Assembly (NCBI GenBank): GCA_031414775.1
Contig: JANOQI010000024.1
Location: forward strand, 1 to 64,000
Source: Synechococcales cyanobacterium VAR_4_metabat_354
GTDB taxonomy: Bacteria; Cyanobacteriota; Cyanobacteriia; Cyanobacteriales; Chamaesiphonaceae
Reading direction: 5' to 3'
DNA: 64,000 nucleotides
Part shown: positions 28,561 to 37,747 of the stretch, piece after piece
Layout: each line of letters starts with the position of its first letter
Position numbering within the stretch: the first letter of the stretch is position 1
Made by a program: the position numbers and the translations under genes
Notes under the pieces: generated by a model
The model's database searches: none
Seen by the model: only the letters and a program-made list of their open reading frames with translations
What the model was told of the DNA's origin: nothing

Positions 28561-29690
28561 TACAGCTCGTATTTCATTAACTGGCAAGGAAGGGTGCCGT
28601 TATAAACTGGCATCCTTTGAGCCGATTTGAGTCCGATCGATCTGGCCAGTTCCTTGTTACCACTTAAGATAAAAGCCGTCCAGCCCTTGAATCGATGTTT
28701 GAGAACATCGCCTAATAATCGGTAGAAATCTCCCAGATCGATGTCCCGTCCCAAACGCTCGCCGTAGGGCGGATTGCACATGAGTACGCCACAGTCAGCG
28801 GGAGCTTCCAGATCAGCTAATTCTCGGTGGATAAATTGGAGATGTTGGTCAATGCCGCACTTTACAGCATTACTGTGCGCCTGTTGAATGACTCCAGAGT
28901 TGTGATCACTGCCAATAATTGGGCTAATAAGTGTGGATTTTTCACCAGTTTCAGCGGCTTTGAATAGTCGATCGAACAGTACCTGATCGAAGCTTGGCCA
29001 AGTTTCAAACCCAAACTGCTCCCTAAAAATACCCGGCGCAATATTTAAAGCCTGCATGGTGGCTTCGATCGGCAGCGTCCCGGAGCCACAAAGTGGGTCG
29101 ATAAAAGTCAATTCGGGTTGCCAGCCAGACATTTTTACGAGCGCGGCGGCTAAAGATTCTTTCAGAGGCGCGTCCCCAACCGCTGGTCGATAGCCCCGTC
29201 GATGGAGGCTATTGCCGGAGCTATCTAAGCTAACGGTGCAAGAATCTTCTTCAATATGTACATTGATCCGAACCGCCGGATTTTCGGTATCAACGTCCGA
29301 TCGATCACCCAATTTAGCTTTTTGCTGCTCAGTAATCGCTCTTTTGACCTGTACCGCTGTGAAGTGACTGTGATTTAGTTGATCATTTTTACCAGTGGCT
29401 GTTACAGCCATGGTCAGCTCAGGAGTAAGATGCTGTCGCCAGTCAATACTCTGCATTCCTGCAAACAAGTCGGTGGGATCCAGGCAAGGAAACTCTGCTA
29501 GCTTCACCAAAATCCGAAAAGGCAGTCTCGCCCACAGGTTGACCCGATACAAAAGTTCTTGGTCGCCACTAAAGGCGACCCCACAAAAGCCAGGGGTGAC
29601 ATCATTTGCTCCCAATTCAGTTAGTTCGGTGGCAGCTAGTGCTTCTAAGCCCCGTGCCACAGTGGCAAAATATTCGGTCATGATGGCCAA
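28557..29690 (-). CDS. rlmL: THUMP-domain rRNA m2G methyltransferase (RlmL-like)
   Basis: LDSSGNSLHRRGYR, APLKESLAAA, DPLCGSGTL, NPPYGERL. Confidence 0.9.
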   Translation of the reverse strand: MAIMTEYFATVARGLEALAATELTELGANDVTPGFCGVAFSGDQELLYRVNLWARLPFRILVKLAEFPCLDPTDLFAGMQSIDWRQHLTPELTMAVTATGKNDQLNHSHFTAVQVKRAITEQQKAKLGDRSDVDTENPAVRINVHIEEDSCTVSLDSSGNSLHRRGYRPAVGDAPLKESLAAALVKMSGWQPELTFIDPLCGSGTLPIEATMQALNIAPGIFREQFGFETWPSFDQVLFDRLFKAAETGEKSTLISPIIGSDHNSGVIQQAHSNAVKCGIDQHLQFIHRELADLEAPADCGVLMCNPPYGERLGRDIDLGDFYRLLGDVLKHRFKGWTAFILSGNKELARSIGLKSAQRMPVYNGTLPCQLMKYELY

Positions 29691-29742
29691 GGAAGTCCAA
29701 TAATTAATCTAATTGAGAGGTGCGAATTGATGATGTAGAGGG

Positions 29743-30315
29743 TTAGTTATCGATCGCCATCCGACCTTGTTTAGGGAATCTTACCAACAAAAAGTAGCCA
29801 AAACAGAGCGCATAGAAAACAAGTCCAGCTATGGCTAAACCTCCCAAAGTTCCGGGAATCATCGGACGTGCCAGCAGCGGTAGCTTAAACCAAGCTTGAC
29901 AGAAGTTGGATTGAGCTGACCAACCACATGTCACAAAAGGCAGCAAAGCGATCGCTCCCAATACACAATAGACTGTAATCGCCCAACGCCAAGCAGTAAG
30001 TGCTAATTTAATCGCCTTAGGTGGGAGGTCATTAATTTCTTCATTAATATCAATCCAGACCCAGAGGCTGAGTGGTATTAAAATTTTGGCAGCGAGGGCG
30101 GAGAAAAAAGATAGGCTGGAACCACTCAGCACCAAAGCAATGGTGATGGCTAATAAACTGGCCACCCGCCAATAAATAATCATAAGGCCAATAACTACCG
30201 GTACTTTTTTAACCAATGCCCAAATCAGCAGCACCATTGGTACAATCAGGGTGAAGAGCACGGCTAGACGATAGTCCAGCCAAATCAGTGGTTGAAACCA
30301 GGGGGGGGTGAACAT
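29743..30315 (-). CDS. DUF3177 family membrane protein
   Basis: WLDYRLAVLFT, IYWRVASLLAIT, SLWVWIDINEEI, AWRWA. Confidence 0.85.
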   Translation of the reverse strand: MFTPPWFQPLIWLDYRLAVLFTLIVPMVLLIWALVKKVPVVIGLMIIYWRVASLLAITIALVLSGSSLSFFSALAAKILIPLSLWVWIDINEEINDLPPKAIKLALTAWRWAITVYCVLGAIALLPFVTCGWSAQSNFCQAWFKLPLLARPMIPGTLGGLAIAGLVFYALCFGYFLLVRFPKQGRMAIDN

Positions 30316-30361
30316 TTACTTAATAATGATTTTTCTCCTGTCTAGTATATCTATAAGTGGC

Positions 30362-31741
30362 CTACGCCAAGCGGGGGTAACTGACTGGGGGTAACTGGGC
30401 TTCTAACTGGGCGGCCAAGCTAATGAGGAGAGCTTCTGTTCCCAAATCACCAACCAGCTGTACGCCCAGCGGCAGATTAGTAGTATCAACTGGTAAAACT
30501 ACCACGGGCTGACCAGTAGCATTAAAAACCGGACAGGGCGAAATCCAATCGGCAATTTTGGCCATAGTTTCCTCGGGAGATAAGTTTGCCCATTCCCCAA
30601 TTTTGATGGTGGGATGCAGATAAACCGGTGCGAGCAACACATCAAAGTCTTGCCACTGTGCCACGAGCTGTCGGGCGATGCTTTGCATTTGGTAGAGGGC
30701 ATTCAAATGTTCGCCAGCACTGCCCGATCGATTGTTTAACCACTGATTAAATTCACATAGAGCTGGTAAGGGAATACTGGCGGCAGCTACAGCTGTCTGC
30801 CAAACAGTGGTAAAAGGATCAATCAACGCCCCCACATCTAGGGTGACAATACTAAGTTGATGGCCAAGATTACTCAAGATATCGGCGACTCGATCGATTG
30901 CTGCACCATAACTTGGATCTAAGTTCGTGAAAGGAGGAAAGGATTTACAAACAGCAATGCGTAGAGATCCGGGGGCTTGCTGAGTTGCGGCCCAAAAAGA
31001 TATTACTGGTTGAGGCAAACAATATAAATCTCCAGGGAGTCGCTGAGCCAAAGCATCTAACAAGATGGCTGCATCTTCCACATTCCGAGCAATGGGACCA
31101 TTAATGGCAATTCCGCTCACTCGATCGCCCACGGGAGCATCAGAAATGCGGCCACGGGTGGGCTTAATAGCGACCAGTCCACAACAGTGGGCGGGACCAC
31201 GCAGCGAACCACCCCCATCAGAACCAACGGCCAAGGGCAACAAACCAGCGGCGACAGCAGCGGCGGCTCCACCGCTGGAACCACCAGGGGTATAAGCGAG
31301 ATTCCAAGGATTACGGGTAGGAGGAAAACCAGCTGGTTCCGTGTAGGGAAAGGAACCCAGCTCGGCGGTGGCCGTTTTGCCCAGAATATTGAGACCAGCT
31401 TGTTGAACTAAGGTGGCAATGCCATCGTCGGCGGTAGCAATCTGTTCTTTTAGAGCCGCAACGCCATAACTACAGGGTAAACCGGCCACCGGATTTAGAT
31501 CTTTAATTCCGGTAGGTAATCCAAATAGTGGTGGTAAGTCAGCCGATTTTTGCAGTTGTTCTGTTTGGGCTTTAGCAACCGATAATGATCGATCGGCTGC
31601 CACCACAAAAAAAGCACCAATTTTGGGGTCAATTTGGGCAATGCGATCAAGATAAAGCTGCGTTAGCTCTAAAGGAGAAATTTGCCCAGATCGAATTAGC
31701 TCAGCTTGATGCCGAGCAGAAGTAAAGAACAAATCAGTCAT
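30362..31741 (-). CDS. Amidase (amidase signature family)
   Basis: GIKDL, TRNPWN, TPGGSSGGAAAAVA, GSDGGGSLRGPA. Confidence 0.95.
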   Translation of the reverse strand: MTDLFFTSARHQAELIRSGQISPLELTQLYLDRIAQIDPKIGAFFVVAADRSLSVAKAQTEQLQKSADLPPLFGLPTGIKDLNPVAGLPCSYGVAALKEQIATADDGIATLVQQAGLNILGKTATAELGSFPYTEPAGFPPTRNPWNLAYTPGGSSGGAAAAVAAGLLPLAVGSDGGGSLRGPAHCCGLVAIKPTRGRISDAPVGDRVSGIAINGPIARNVEDAAILLDALAQRLPGDLYCLPQPVISFWAATQQAPGSLRIAVCKSFPPFTNLDPSYGAAIDRVADILSNLGHQLSIVTLDVGALIDPFTTVWQTAVAAASIPLPALCEFNQWLNNRSGSAGEHLNALYQMQSIARQLVAQWQDFDVLLAPVYLHPTIKIGEWANLSPEETMAKIADWISPCPVFNATGQPVVVLPVDTTNLPLGVQLVGDLGTEALLISLAAQLEAQLPPVSYPRLA

Positions 31742-31745
31742 AGCA

Positions 31746-32546
31746 TTAGGCCAGGTTTACACCCAACTTTTGTAGCATATTGGCGCGAGCCTGATTCGCT
31801 AAACTATCATCCAATGGAGTCAGATTAATATCTTCTTGATACTTATTCTTAATGGCTGTTTTAATCATCCAGTCAGCGATGAAAGGATTCTTGGGAATCA
31901 GCGGACCATGCGAATAAGTGGCGATCGCATTACGGTAAAAAGCGCCTTCCGTTCCGTCTTGAGCATTATTGCCGAAGCCTTTAATTACCGTTCCCAAAGA
32001 TTCGGCTTGTGGACCCAGAAAAGTGCGACCACCGTGATTTTCAAACCCCACAATAATGGGCTTGCGGCCACCTAGCATTGCGCTTAATTCAGCAGCCAGT
32101 CTTGTGGCCGTAATCTCAAATACCACATTACCAATACAGCGAGGTGCATCGATCCCCGGATGCTTGCTCTCTAAGTCCACAATCCCCATCCCATCGATTC
32201 GTTCACCCAAACCGGGTTCGTAAAACCTGCCCAGTAGCTGAGGCGAACCACAGGTAAATACTCCCGGTGCTCCAGCCTCAAGCTTGGTGCGGATCGCTTC
32301 AGTCTTAGCGCCCCTCAGATCCCGCATGACAATTTCTTGTTGGCGATCCTGAGCACCACCCCCAGCAATAATATCAACTTGATCCAAAACCGCTGGATCG
32401 CTACTTTGATCATAGGGAATTACTTCTACATTAATCCCTCGCCACTGTGCTCGTTGCTTAATAGCAATAACATTACCCCGATCACCATAGGTGCTCATCA
32501 GTTTGGGATAGAGCCAACCGATTACAAGAGAGTAGGGAGTAGTCAT
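31746..32546 (-). CDS. gatD: Type 1 glutamine amidotransferase, GatD/CobQ-like
   Basis: LYPKLMSTYGDRGN, GGGAQDRQQ, TCGSPQLLG, GFENHGG, YSHGPLIPKNP. Start taken as ATG at 32546 because the longer ORF overlaps the tRNA. Confidence 0.88.
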   Translation of the reverse strand: MTTPYSLVIGWLYPKLMSTYGDRGNVIAIKQRAQWRGINVEVIPYDQSSDPAVLDQVDIIAGGGAQDRQQEIVMRDLRGAKTEAIRTKLEAGAPGVFTCGSPQLLGRFYEPGLGERIDGMGIVDLESKHPGIDAPRCIGNVVFEITATRLAAELSAMLGGRKPIIVGFENHGGRTFLGPQAESLGTVIKGFGNNAQDGTEGAFYRNAIATYSHGPLIPKNPFIADWMIKTAIKNKYQEDINLTPLDDSLANQARANMLQKLGVNLA

Positions 32547-32566
32547 GGAAATTAAATTTTTTAATA

Positions 32567-32639
32567 CGCGCCCTGAAGGACTCGAACCCTCGACATTTGG
32601 TTTTGGAGACCAACGTTCTACCAACTGAACTAAGGACGC
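32567..32639 (-). tRNA. trnW: tRNA-Trp (CCA)
   Basis: GCGTCCTTAGTTCAGTTGGTAGAACGTTGGTCTCCAAAACCAAATGTCGAGGGTTCGAGTCCTTCAGGGCGCG forms a cloverleaf with anticodon CCA and a TTCGA T-loop. Confidence 0.97.
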
Positions 32640-32692
32640 ATGAGATTCAGCTCAGTTTAGATTTAACCACAATTGAGCTGAATTGGAGACAG

Positions 32693-33073
32693 CTAGATAG
32701 CTGCTTTTTTAGATTTGTCTCGATCGAAGCGCTGTTTCACGCGAGTAGCCTTACCAACCCGGTCGCGGAGATAGAACAACTTAGCTCGGCGCACCCGACC
32801 ACGACGGACAATACTGATATTGTCGATTTTGGGGGAATGCAAGAGAAAGACTCGTTCTACACCAACACCTTGGAACACCCGGCGGACAGTGATAGTTTCA
32901 TTAATACCACCATTGCGTCTGGCGATAATTACACCCTCATAGGGTTGTATGCGTTCTTTTTCTCCCTCTTTGATTTTTACGCCAACACGAATGGTGTCAC
33001 CGATATAGAGTTCGGGCAGGTCACTTTTAATGAACTCTGCTTCGATCGAGCGAATAATTTCTTGGACGTTCAT
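32693..33073 (-). CDS. rplS: 50S ribosomal protein L19
   Basis: [23 protein letters not shown]...GVGVERVF...[12 protein letters not shown]. Confidence 0.99.
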   Translation of the reverse strand: MNVQEIIRSIEAEFIKSDLPELYIGDTIRVGVKIKEGEKERIQPYEGVIIARRNGGINETITVRRVFQGVGVERVFLLHSPKIDNISIVRRGRVRRAKLFYLRDRVGKATRVKQRFDRDKSKKAAI

Positions 33074-33370
33074 GGAGATTACAAAAACTCACGGACTCCC
33101 ATCATAATGAAAAATGGACTGATTGTCTACTCCTGATCGCAAAATTGGTTAGGAACATCTGGTGAAATGATGTGATTTACAAAGTAGAAACCTACAACAC
33201 CAGAGCGTCAACGGTAAGCTGAAATTTTAGTGAGCAATGGCCATTGAACAAGACTTGTTGCACCAGCTAAGCCGACTTACGACAAAAAGCTGAGGATAAA
33301 TTGAGCTAAAACCACGTAAAATGGCGTTTAAGGATAATTAGGATCAATCATCTTCAGAAAACTAAAACTT

Positions 33371-35218
33371 ATGAATACTGCTAGGCTTTCCAAATTAATG
33401 TTTCGGCTACTTTTGTCCAGCTTGAGCATACTACCAATGGTCGCCTCATTTGATACAGCTGAAGCTGCCCCAGCCAAATCCAAAAAGCCCACCCCCAAAG
33501 CTAAGCCTAGCCAAAAAGCCGCTCCCAGACAGGGGCGACTGGATTCATATCTTTTAGGACCAGGTGATCGCATCCGGATCGATGTTTTCAACGTGCCAGA
33601 ATACAGCACCGAGTACCCAGTCTTAGTTGATGGCACGATCAACCTCCCAGTGGTTGGCACCGTTTTAGTAAACGGCTTGTCTCTGCCTCAGGCCTCCGCT
33701 TTGCTTTCTAATCAGTACGCGCGTTTTGTTCGCAACCCGCTCGTGACTGTCGGGTTAGTCAGTCCTCGTCCGATCAAGATAGCGATCGCCGGGGAAGTTA
33801 ATAAAGCTGGCTCCTACACAATCGGTGTAGAGGGTGGCGGTGGTGGCACTGGAGCTGGTGCAGGTGGTACCGGTCGCCAATTCCCAACCCTGAGTCAAGC
33901 TGTACAGTTGGCTGGTGGAGCGAGTCAAACTGCCGATCTACGTCGGGTGAAAGTCCAACGACGGGGTAGAGTAGCTACGCTAAATCTACTGCGAGTATTG
34001 CAGGGAGCTGATGGCACTCAGGATGTCACCTTGCGCGATGGTGACACCATCTATATCCCTACTGCCAATAGTGTGAATGCTACCGATATTGCCAGACTTT
34101 CTGGTTCTAACATTGCCACCCAAGACAATGCTTTGAAGGTAGCAATCGTCGGCGAAGTGACCAAGCCTGGTACCTACAGCATTAAAGGTGAAGCATCTAC
34201 CAACGTCAATGGACGAGTAAGCCAACCAACGCTGACTGAAGCTTTGAAATTAGCTGGTGGTGCTACGCCGTCGGCAGATATTAGTAAAATCAGAGTAAAG
34301 CGCAGTACCAAGTCTGGTAGCTCTCAAATGATTGGGGTGGATTTAGTCCGGCTGCTAGACAAGGGTGACTATCGACAAGACTTGATTCTGCAAGATGGTG
34401 ACACTATCTACTTACCGTCTGATCCAGTGATTGGCTCTGTTGGTAGTCGCCGTCTGGTGTCTTCTAGCTTTGGTCCTCAGGTACAAAACCCCATCAAGGT
34501 GGCGATCGTGGGAGATGTTAATCGTCCTGGTACCTATGTTTTGAAGGGTGAGGCCAACAATGCCACTTCTGTCAATAACCCCAATAGTAACATCAGCCCA
34601 CCGACTGTTACCCAAGCGATTCTCACGGCTGGTGGGATTAAACCAACTGCAAATATTCGGGAAGTGGTACTGCAACGTTTCAATCGGGGTGGACGTGGTC
34701 AATCGGTGAAGGTTAATCTCTGGAACCTGTTGACTCAAGGTGATATCAGTCAGGACCTGCTGCTTCAGGAAGGTGACCGGATTTTAATTCCGCAAGCCAC
34801 GTCGATCAATCCTCGTGAAGTTGACACCTTGGCTAATGCGCCATTTTCTCCGGCAACGATCGAGGTGGGGGTCGTGGGTGAGGTGGCCAAAGGCGGCACC
34901 GGCACCGGCGGTGGTCGCATCAAGCTGCCGCCCAACACTACTTTAAACCAGGCTTTACTAGCTGCGGGTGGCTTTGATCAGGTGCGTGCCAATAAAGGCA
35001 GCGTAGACTTAATTCGTCTTAATCCGAATGGTAGTGTTACTAAGCGTGCCATTGGAGTGGATTTTGCTCAGGGTATTAATGAACAGAATAATCCAACCCT
35101 CCGCAATAATGATGTCATTGTAATCGGCCGTTCTGGTACGGCAAGTGTGGGTGATTCGATCGGATCGATTTTCAATCCTCTTGCTCCTCTATTGACTCTT
35201 TTCGGTATATTCAGATAG
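33371..35218 (+). CDS. Polysaccharide biosynthesis/export protein (Wza-like, multiple SLBB domains)
   Basis: Signal peptide, YLLGPGDRIRI, DGTINLPVVG, repeated IxGEVxxPG...AGG...LQDGDTI SLBB units. Confidence 0.92.
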   Translation: MNTARLSKLMFRLLLSSLSILPMVASFDTAEAAPAKSKKPTPKAKPSQKAAPRQGRLDSYLLGPGDRIRIDVFNVPEYSTEYPVLVDGTINLPVVGTVLVNGLSLPQASALLSNQYARFVRNPLVTVGLVSPRPIKIAIAGEVNKAGSYTIGVEGGGGGTGAGAGGTGRQFPTLSQAVQLAGGASQTADLRRVKVQRRGRVATLNLLRVLQGADGTQDVTLRDGDTIYIPTANSVNATDIARLSGSNIATQDNALKVAIVGEVTKPGTYSIKGEASTNVNGRVSQPTLTEALKLAGGATPSADISKIRVKRSTKSGSSQMIGVDLVRLLDKGDYRQDLILQDGDTIYLPSDPVIGSVGSRRLVSSSFGPQVQNPIKVAIVGDVNRPGTYVLKGEANNATSVNNPNSNISPPTVTQAILTAGGIKPTANIREVVLQRFNRGGRGQSVKVNLWNLLTQGDISQDLLLQEGDRILIPQATSINPREVDTLANAPFSPATIEVGVVGEVAKGGTGTGGGRIKLPPNTTLNQALLAAGGFDQVRANKGSVDLIRLNPNGSVTKRAIGVDFAQGINEQNNPTLRNNDVIVIGRSGTASVGDSIGSIFNPLAPLLTLFGIFR

Positions 35219-35249
35219 TTTTAAATTAAAGTTAACCTAGTCAATATAA

Positions 35250-35284
35250 AAAAAGAGGACAACTTCAAAAGTTGTCCTCTTTTT
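35250..35284 (+). terminator. Bidirectional intrinsic terminator
   Basis: AAAAAGAGGACAACTT-caa-AAGTTGTCCTCTTTTT. Confidence 0.8.
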
Positions 35285-35416
35285 GGTAAATTTTTAACCC
35301 TAATCATAAAAAAAGTGAGTATTTTTACTCATTTAGGTATAGAGAAGGTCACAGTTTGCGATATGATCTTCTGACACATTAAATTTATTTTATCAAGCTG
35401 CAGAGGGCACAGACCT

Positions 35417-36430
35417 GTGATTAGAGTTGCTATTAATGGCTTTGGACGAATTGGGCGTAACTTTATGCGCTGCTGGATTGGCAGAGCAGACAGTTTTATT
35501 GAAGTTGTGGGCTTAAATGATACATCCGATCCTCGGACTAATGCCCACTTACTTAAGTACGACACTATGCTGGGTCGGTTCAATGCCGATATTAGTGCGG
35601 ATGATAACTCCATCACCGTTAATGGCAAAGTTATCAAATGCGTCTCTGATCGCAACCCTGAGAATCTGCCTTGGAAAGAATGGGGTGTGGATTTAGTAAT
35701 TGAATCTACTGGCGTATTTACAAGCAAAGAAGGTGCTAGCAAGCATCTAAAAGCTGGTGCTAAGAAAGTTTTGATTACCGCGCCTGGTAAAGACGATGAT
35801 GGGACGTTTGTGGTTGGTGTCAATGATGACCAATACGAACATGATAAGCACTTCATCATCAGCAATGCCAGCTGTACTACTAATTGTTTAGCACCAGTAG
35901 CTAAAGTATTGAATGACAAGTTCGGCATCATCAAAGGTACGATGACCACCACACATAGTTACACTGGCGACCAACGGTTGCTAGATGCTTCCCACCGCGA
36001 CTTGCGGCGGGCACGAGCAGCAGCTATGAACATTGTACCTACTTCGACTGGTGCAGCTAAAGCAGTAGCCTTGGTGTTGCCAGAATTGAAAGGCAAATTG
36101 AATGGTATTGCTCTGCGGGTACCAACTCCCAACGTATCTGTGGTGGATTTGGTTATTAACGTTGAGAAAAAGACTTTCGCTGAAGAAGTAAATCAAACCC
36201 TCAAGAATGCCGCCGAAGGCCCGATGAAGGGAATTCTAGAATACAACGACTTACCCTTAGTTTCTAGCGACTATAAGGGTTCTGATGCTTCCTCGATCGT
36301 AGATGCCAGCCTCACGATGGTAATGGGCGACGATATGATTAAAGTCATTGCTTGGTATGACAACGAATGGGGCTACAGCCAACGGGTAGTAGACTTGGCT
36401 GAAACTGTTGGGAAAAAATGGGTTAAATAG
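35417..36430 (+). CDS. gap2: NAD(P)-dependent glyceraldehyde-3-phosphate dehydrogenase (Gap2 type)
   Basis: [53 protein letters not shown] start. Confidence 0.97.
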   Translation: MIRVAINGFGRIGRNFMRCWIGRADSFIEVVGLNDTSDPRTNAHLLKYDTMLGRFNADISADDNSITVNGKVIKCVSDRNPENLPWKEWGVDLVIESTGVFTSKEGASKHLKAGAKKVLITAPGKDDDGTFVVGVNDDQYEHDKHFIISNASCTTNCLAPVAKVLNDKFGIIKGTMTTTHSYTGDQRLLDASHRDLRRARAAAMNIVPTSTGAAKAVALVLPELKGKLNGIALRVPTPNVSVVDLVINVEKKTFAEEVNQTLKNAAEGPMKGILEYNDLPLVSSDYKGSDASSIVDASLTMVMGDDMIKVIAWYDNEWGYSQRVVDLAETVGKKWVK

Positions 36431-36459
36431 TTTTCACTAATAAATAAATAACAATAAGA

Positions 36460-36489
36460 GAGGGACGGGCAGATGCTCGCCCTTTTTTT
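36460..36489 (+). terminator. Intrinsic terminator after gap2
   Basis: AGGGACGGGC-agat-GCTCGCCCT imperfect stem followed by a T run. Confidence 0.65.
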
Positions 36490-36595
36490 ATTTTTTAGTT
36501 GTCCAGAAATTGCTAAACATCATCAGCATGGCACCAGTGGCAATCACGATTGCTAATCCACCAGCGATCGCACTTAAAACATCTTCGTTAGGCAT
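36488..36595 (-). CDS. Small single-TM protein, 35 aa (MPNEDVLSAIAGGLAIVIATGAMLMMFSNFWTTKK)
   Basis: Manual translation from ATG 36595 to TAA 36488: one hydrophobic helix, basic tail, AG-rich upstream region. Below the ORF-track cut-off. Confidence 0.6.
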   Translation of the reverse strand: MPNEDVLSAIAGGLAIVIATGAMLMMFSNFWTTKK

Positions 36596-36698
36596 AGTTT
36601 TGTGGAGTTATTTTCTCTCTCTAAGATATCAGCCTGGACAGCATTCGTGGATCACAGGATAATTGGGAGAGACCAGCGATCCGAGAATTAACTAACCA

Positions 36699-37676
36699 AT
36701 GGACATTAAGCGCGGCTTCATCGAAGCGATCGGTAACACCCCTCTCATTCGGCTGAATAGCTTCAGTGACAAAACTGGCTGTGAAATTTTGGGGAAGGCC
36801 GAGTTTCTCAATCCAGGTGGCTCGGTGAAGGATCGAGCGGCTTTGTACATTATTGAAGATGCTGAACGGAAAGGATTGTTAAAACCAGGGGGGACGGTAG
36901 TTGAAGGGACAGCTGGAAATACGGGAATTGGGCTGACACATATCTGTAATGCTAAGGGTTATAAGTGCTTGATTGTGATTCCTGAAACCCAGTCGGCGGA
37001 AAAGATAGAAGCTCTGCGTACTTTAGGAGCAGAAGTGAGAACAGTGCCAGCAGTGCCCTACAAAAATCCTGAAAACTACGTCAAAGTCTCCGGGCGACTG
37101 GCAGCGGAGCTGGAAAATGCAGTCTGGGCGAATCAGTTTGATAATTTGGCCAATCGTCAAGCCCATTATGAAACCACCGCTGCTGAAATTTGGGCACAGA
37201 CTGATGGCCAAGTCGATGCTTGGGTAGCGGCGATTGGCACTGGAGGTACTTTTGCCGGGGTAGCGATGTTTCTGAAGGAAAAGAATCCGTTGGTCAAAAA
37301 CGTGGTGGCTGACCCTTTGGGCAGTGGCATGTACAGCTATGTTAAAACTGGTGAAATCAAAATGACTGGTAGCTCGATTACCGAAGGCATTGGCAATAGT
37401 CGGATCACAGGCAATCTAGAGGGGGTAGCGATCGATGATGCTATCCAAATTGATGACCAAGAATGTTTGCGGGTGGTTTATCAGTTGCTGCGGCGGGATG
37501 GTCTGTTTATGGGTGGCTCAGTGGGAATTAATGTGGCAGCGGCAGTGCAACTGGCTAGACAGATGGGTCCTGGCCATACGATCGTGACAGTACTCTGTGA
37601 TGGTGGGGCGCGCTACCAATCGCGGCTGTTTAATGCGGAGTGGTTGGCTACGAAGGGTTTATTTGTGCCGGTTTGA
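36699..37676 (+). CDS. cysK: Cysteine synthase family (PLP-dependent)
   Basis: IGNTPLIRL, KAEFLNPGGSVKDRAA, EGTAGNTG, GTGGT, TEGIG. Confidence 0.92.
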   Translation: MDIKRGFIEAIGNTPLIRLNSFSDKTGCEILGKAEFLNPGGSVKDRAALYIIEDAERKGLLKPGGTVVEGTAGNTGIGLTHICNAKGYKCLIVIPETQSAEKIEALRTLGAEVRTVPAVPYKNPENYVKVSGRLAAELENAVWANQFDNLANRQAHYETTAAEIWAQTDGQVDAWVAAIGTGGTFAGVAMFLKEKNPLVKNVVADPLGSGMYSYVKTGEIKMTGSSITEGIGNSRITGNLEGVAIDDAIQIDDQECLRVVYQLLRRDGLFMGGSVGINVAAAVQLARQMGPGHTIVTVLCDGGARYQSRLFNAEWLATKGLFVPV

Positions 37677-37747
37677 TGATTTGTTCGATAGCTTTGCTGA
37701 AGCCCTTGGCTATCGCTATTTTTTAAAATATTTAAATATCTCACATC

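Noticed and set aside
32547..32624. N-terminal extension of the gatD ORF (MVERWSPKPNVEGSSP...) in the ORF track
   Set aside because: It is the tRNA-Trp sequence read as codons. The real start is most likely ATG 32546.
32597..35952. Long antisense ORFs (32597-33136, 33328-33660, 35329-35952)
   Set aside because: Shadows of rplS, the wza-like gene and gap2, with no recognisable motifs.
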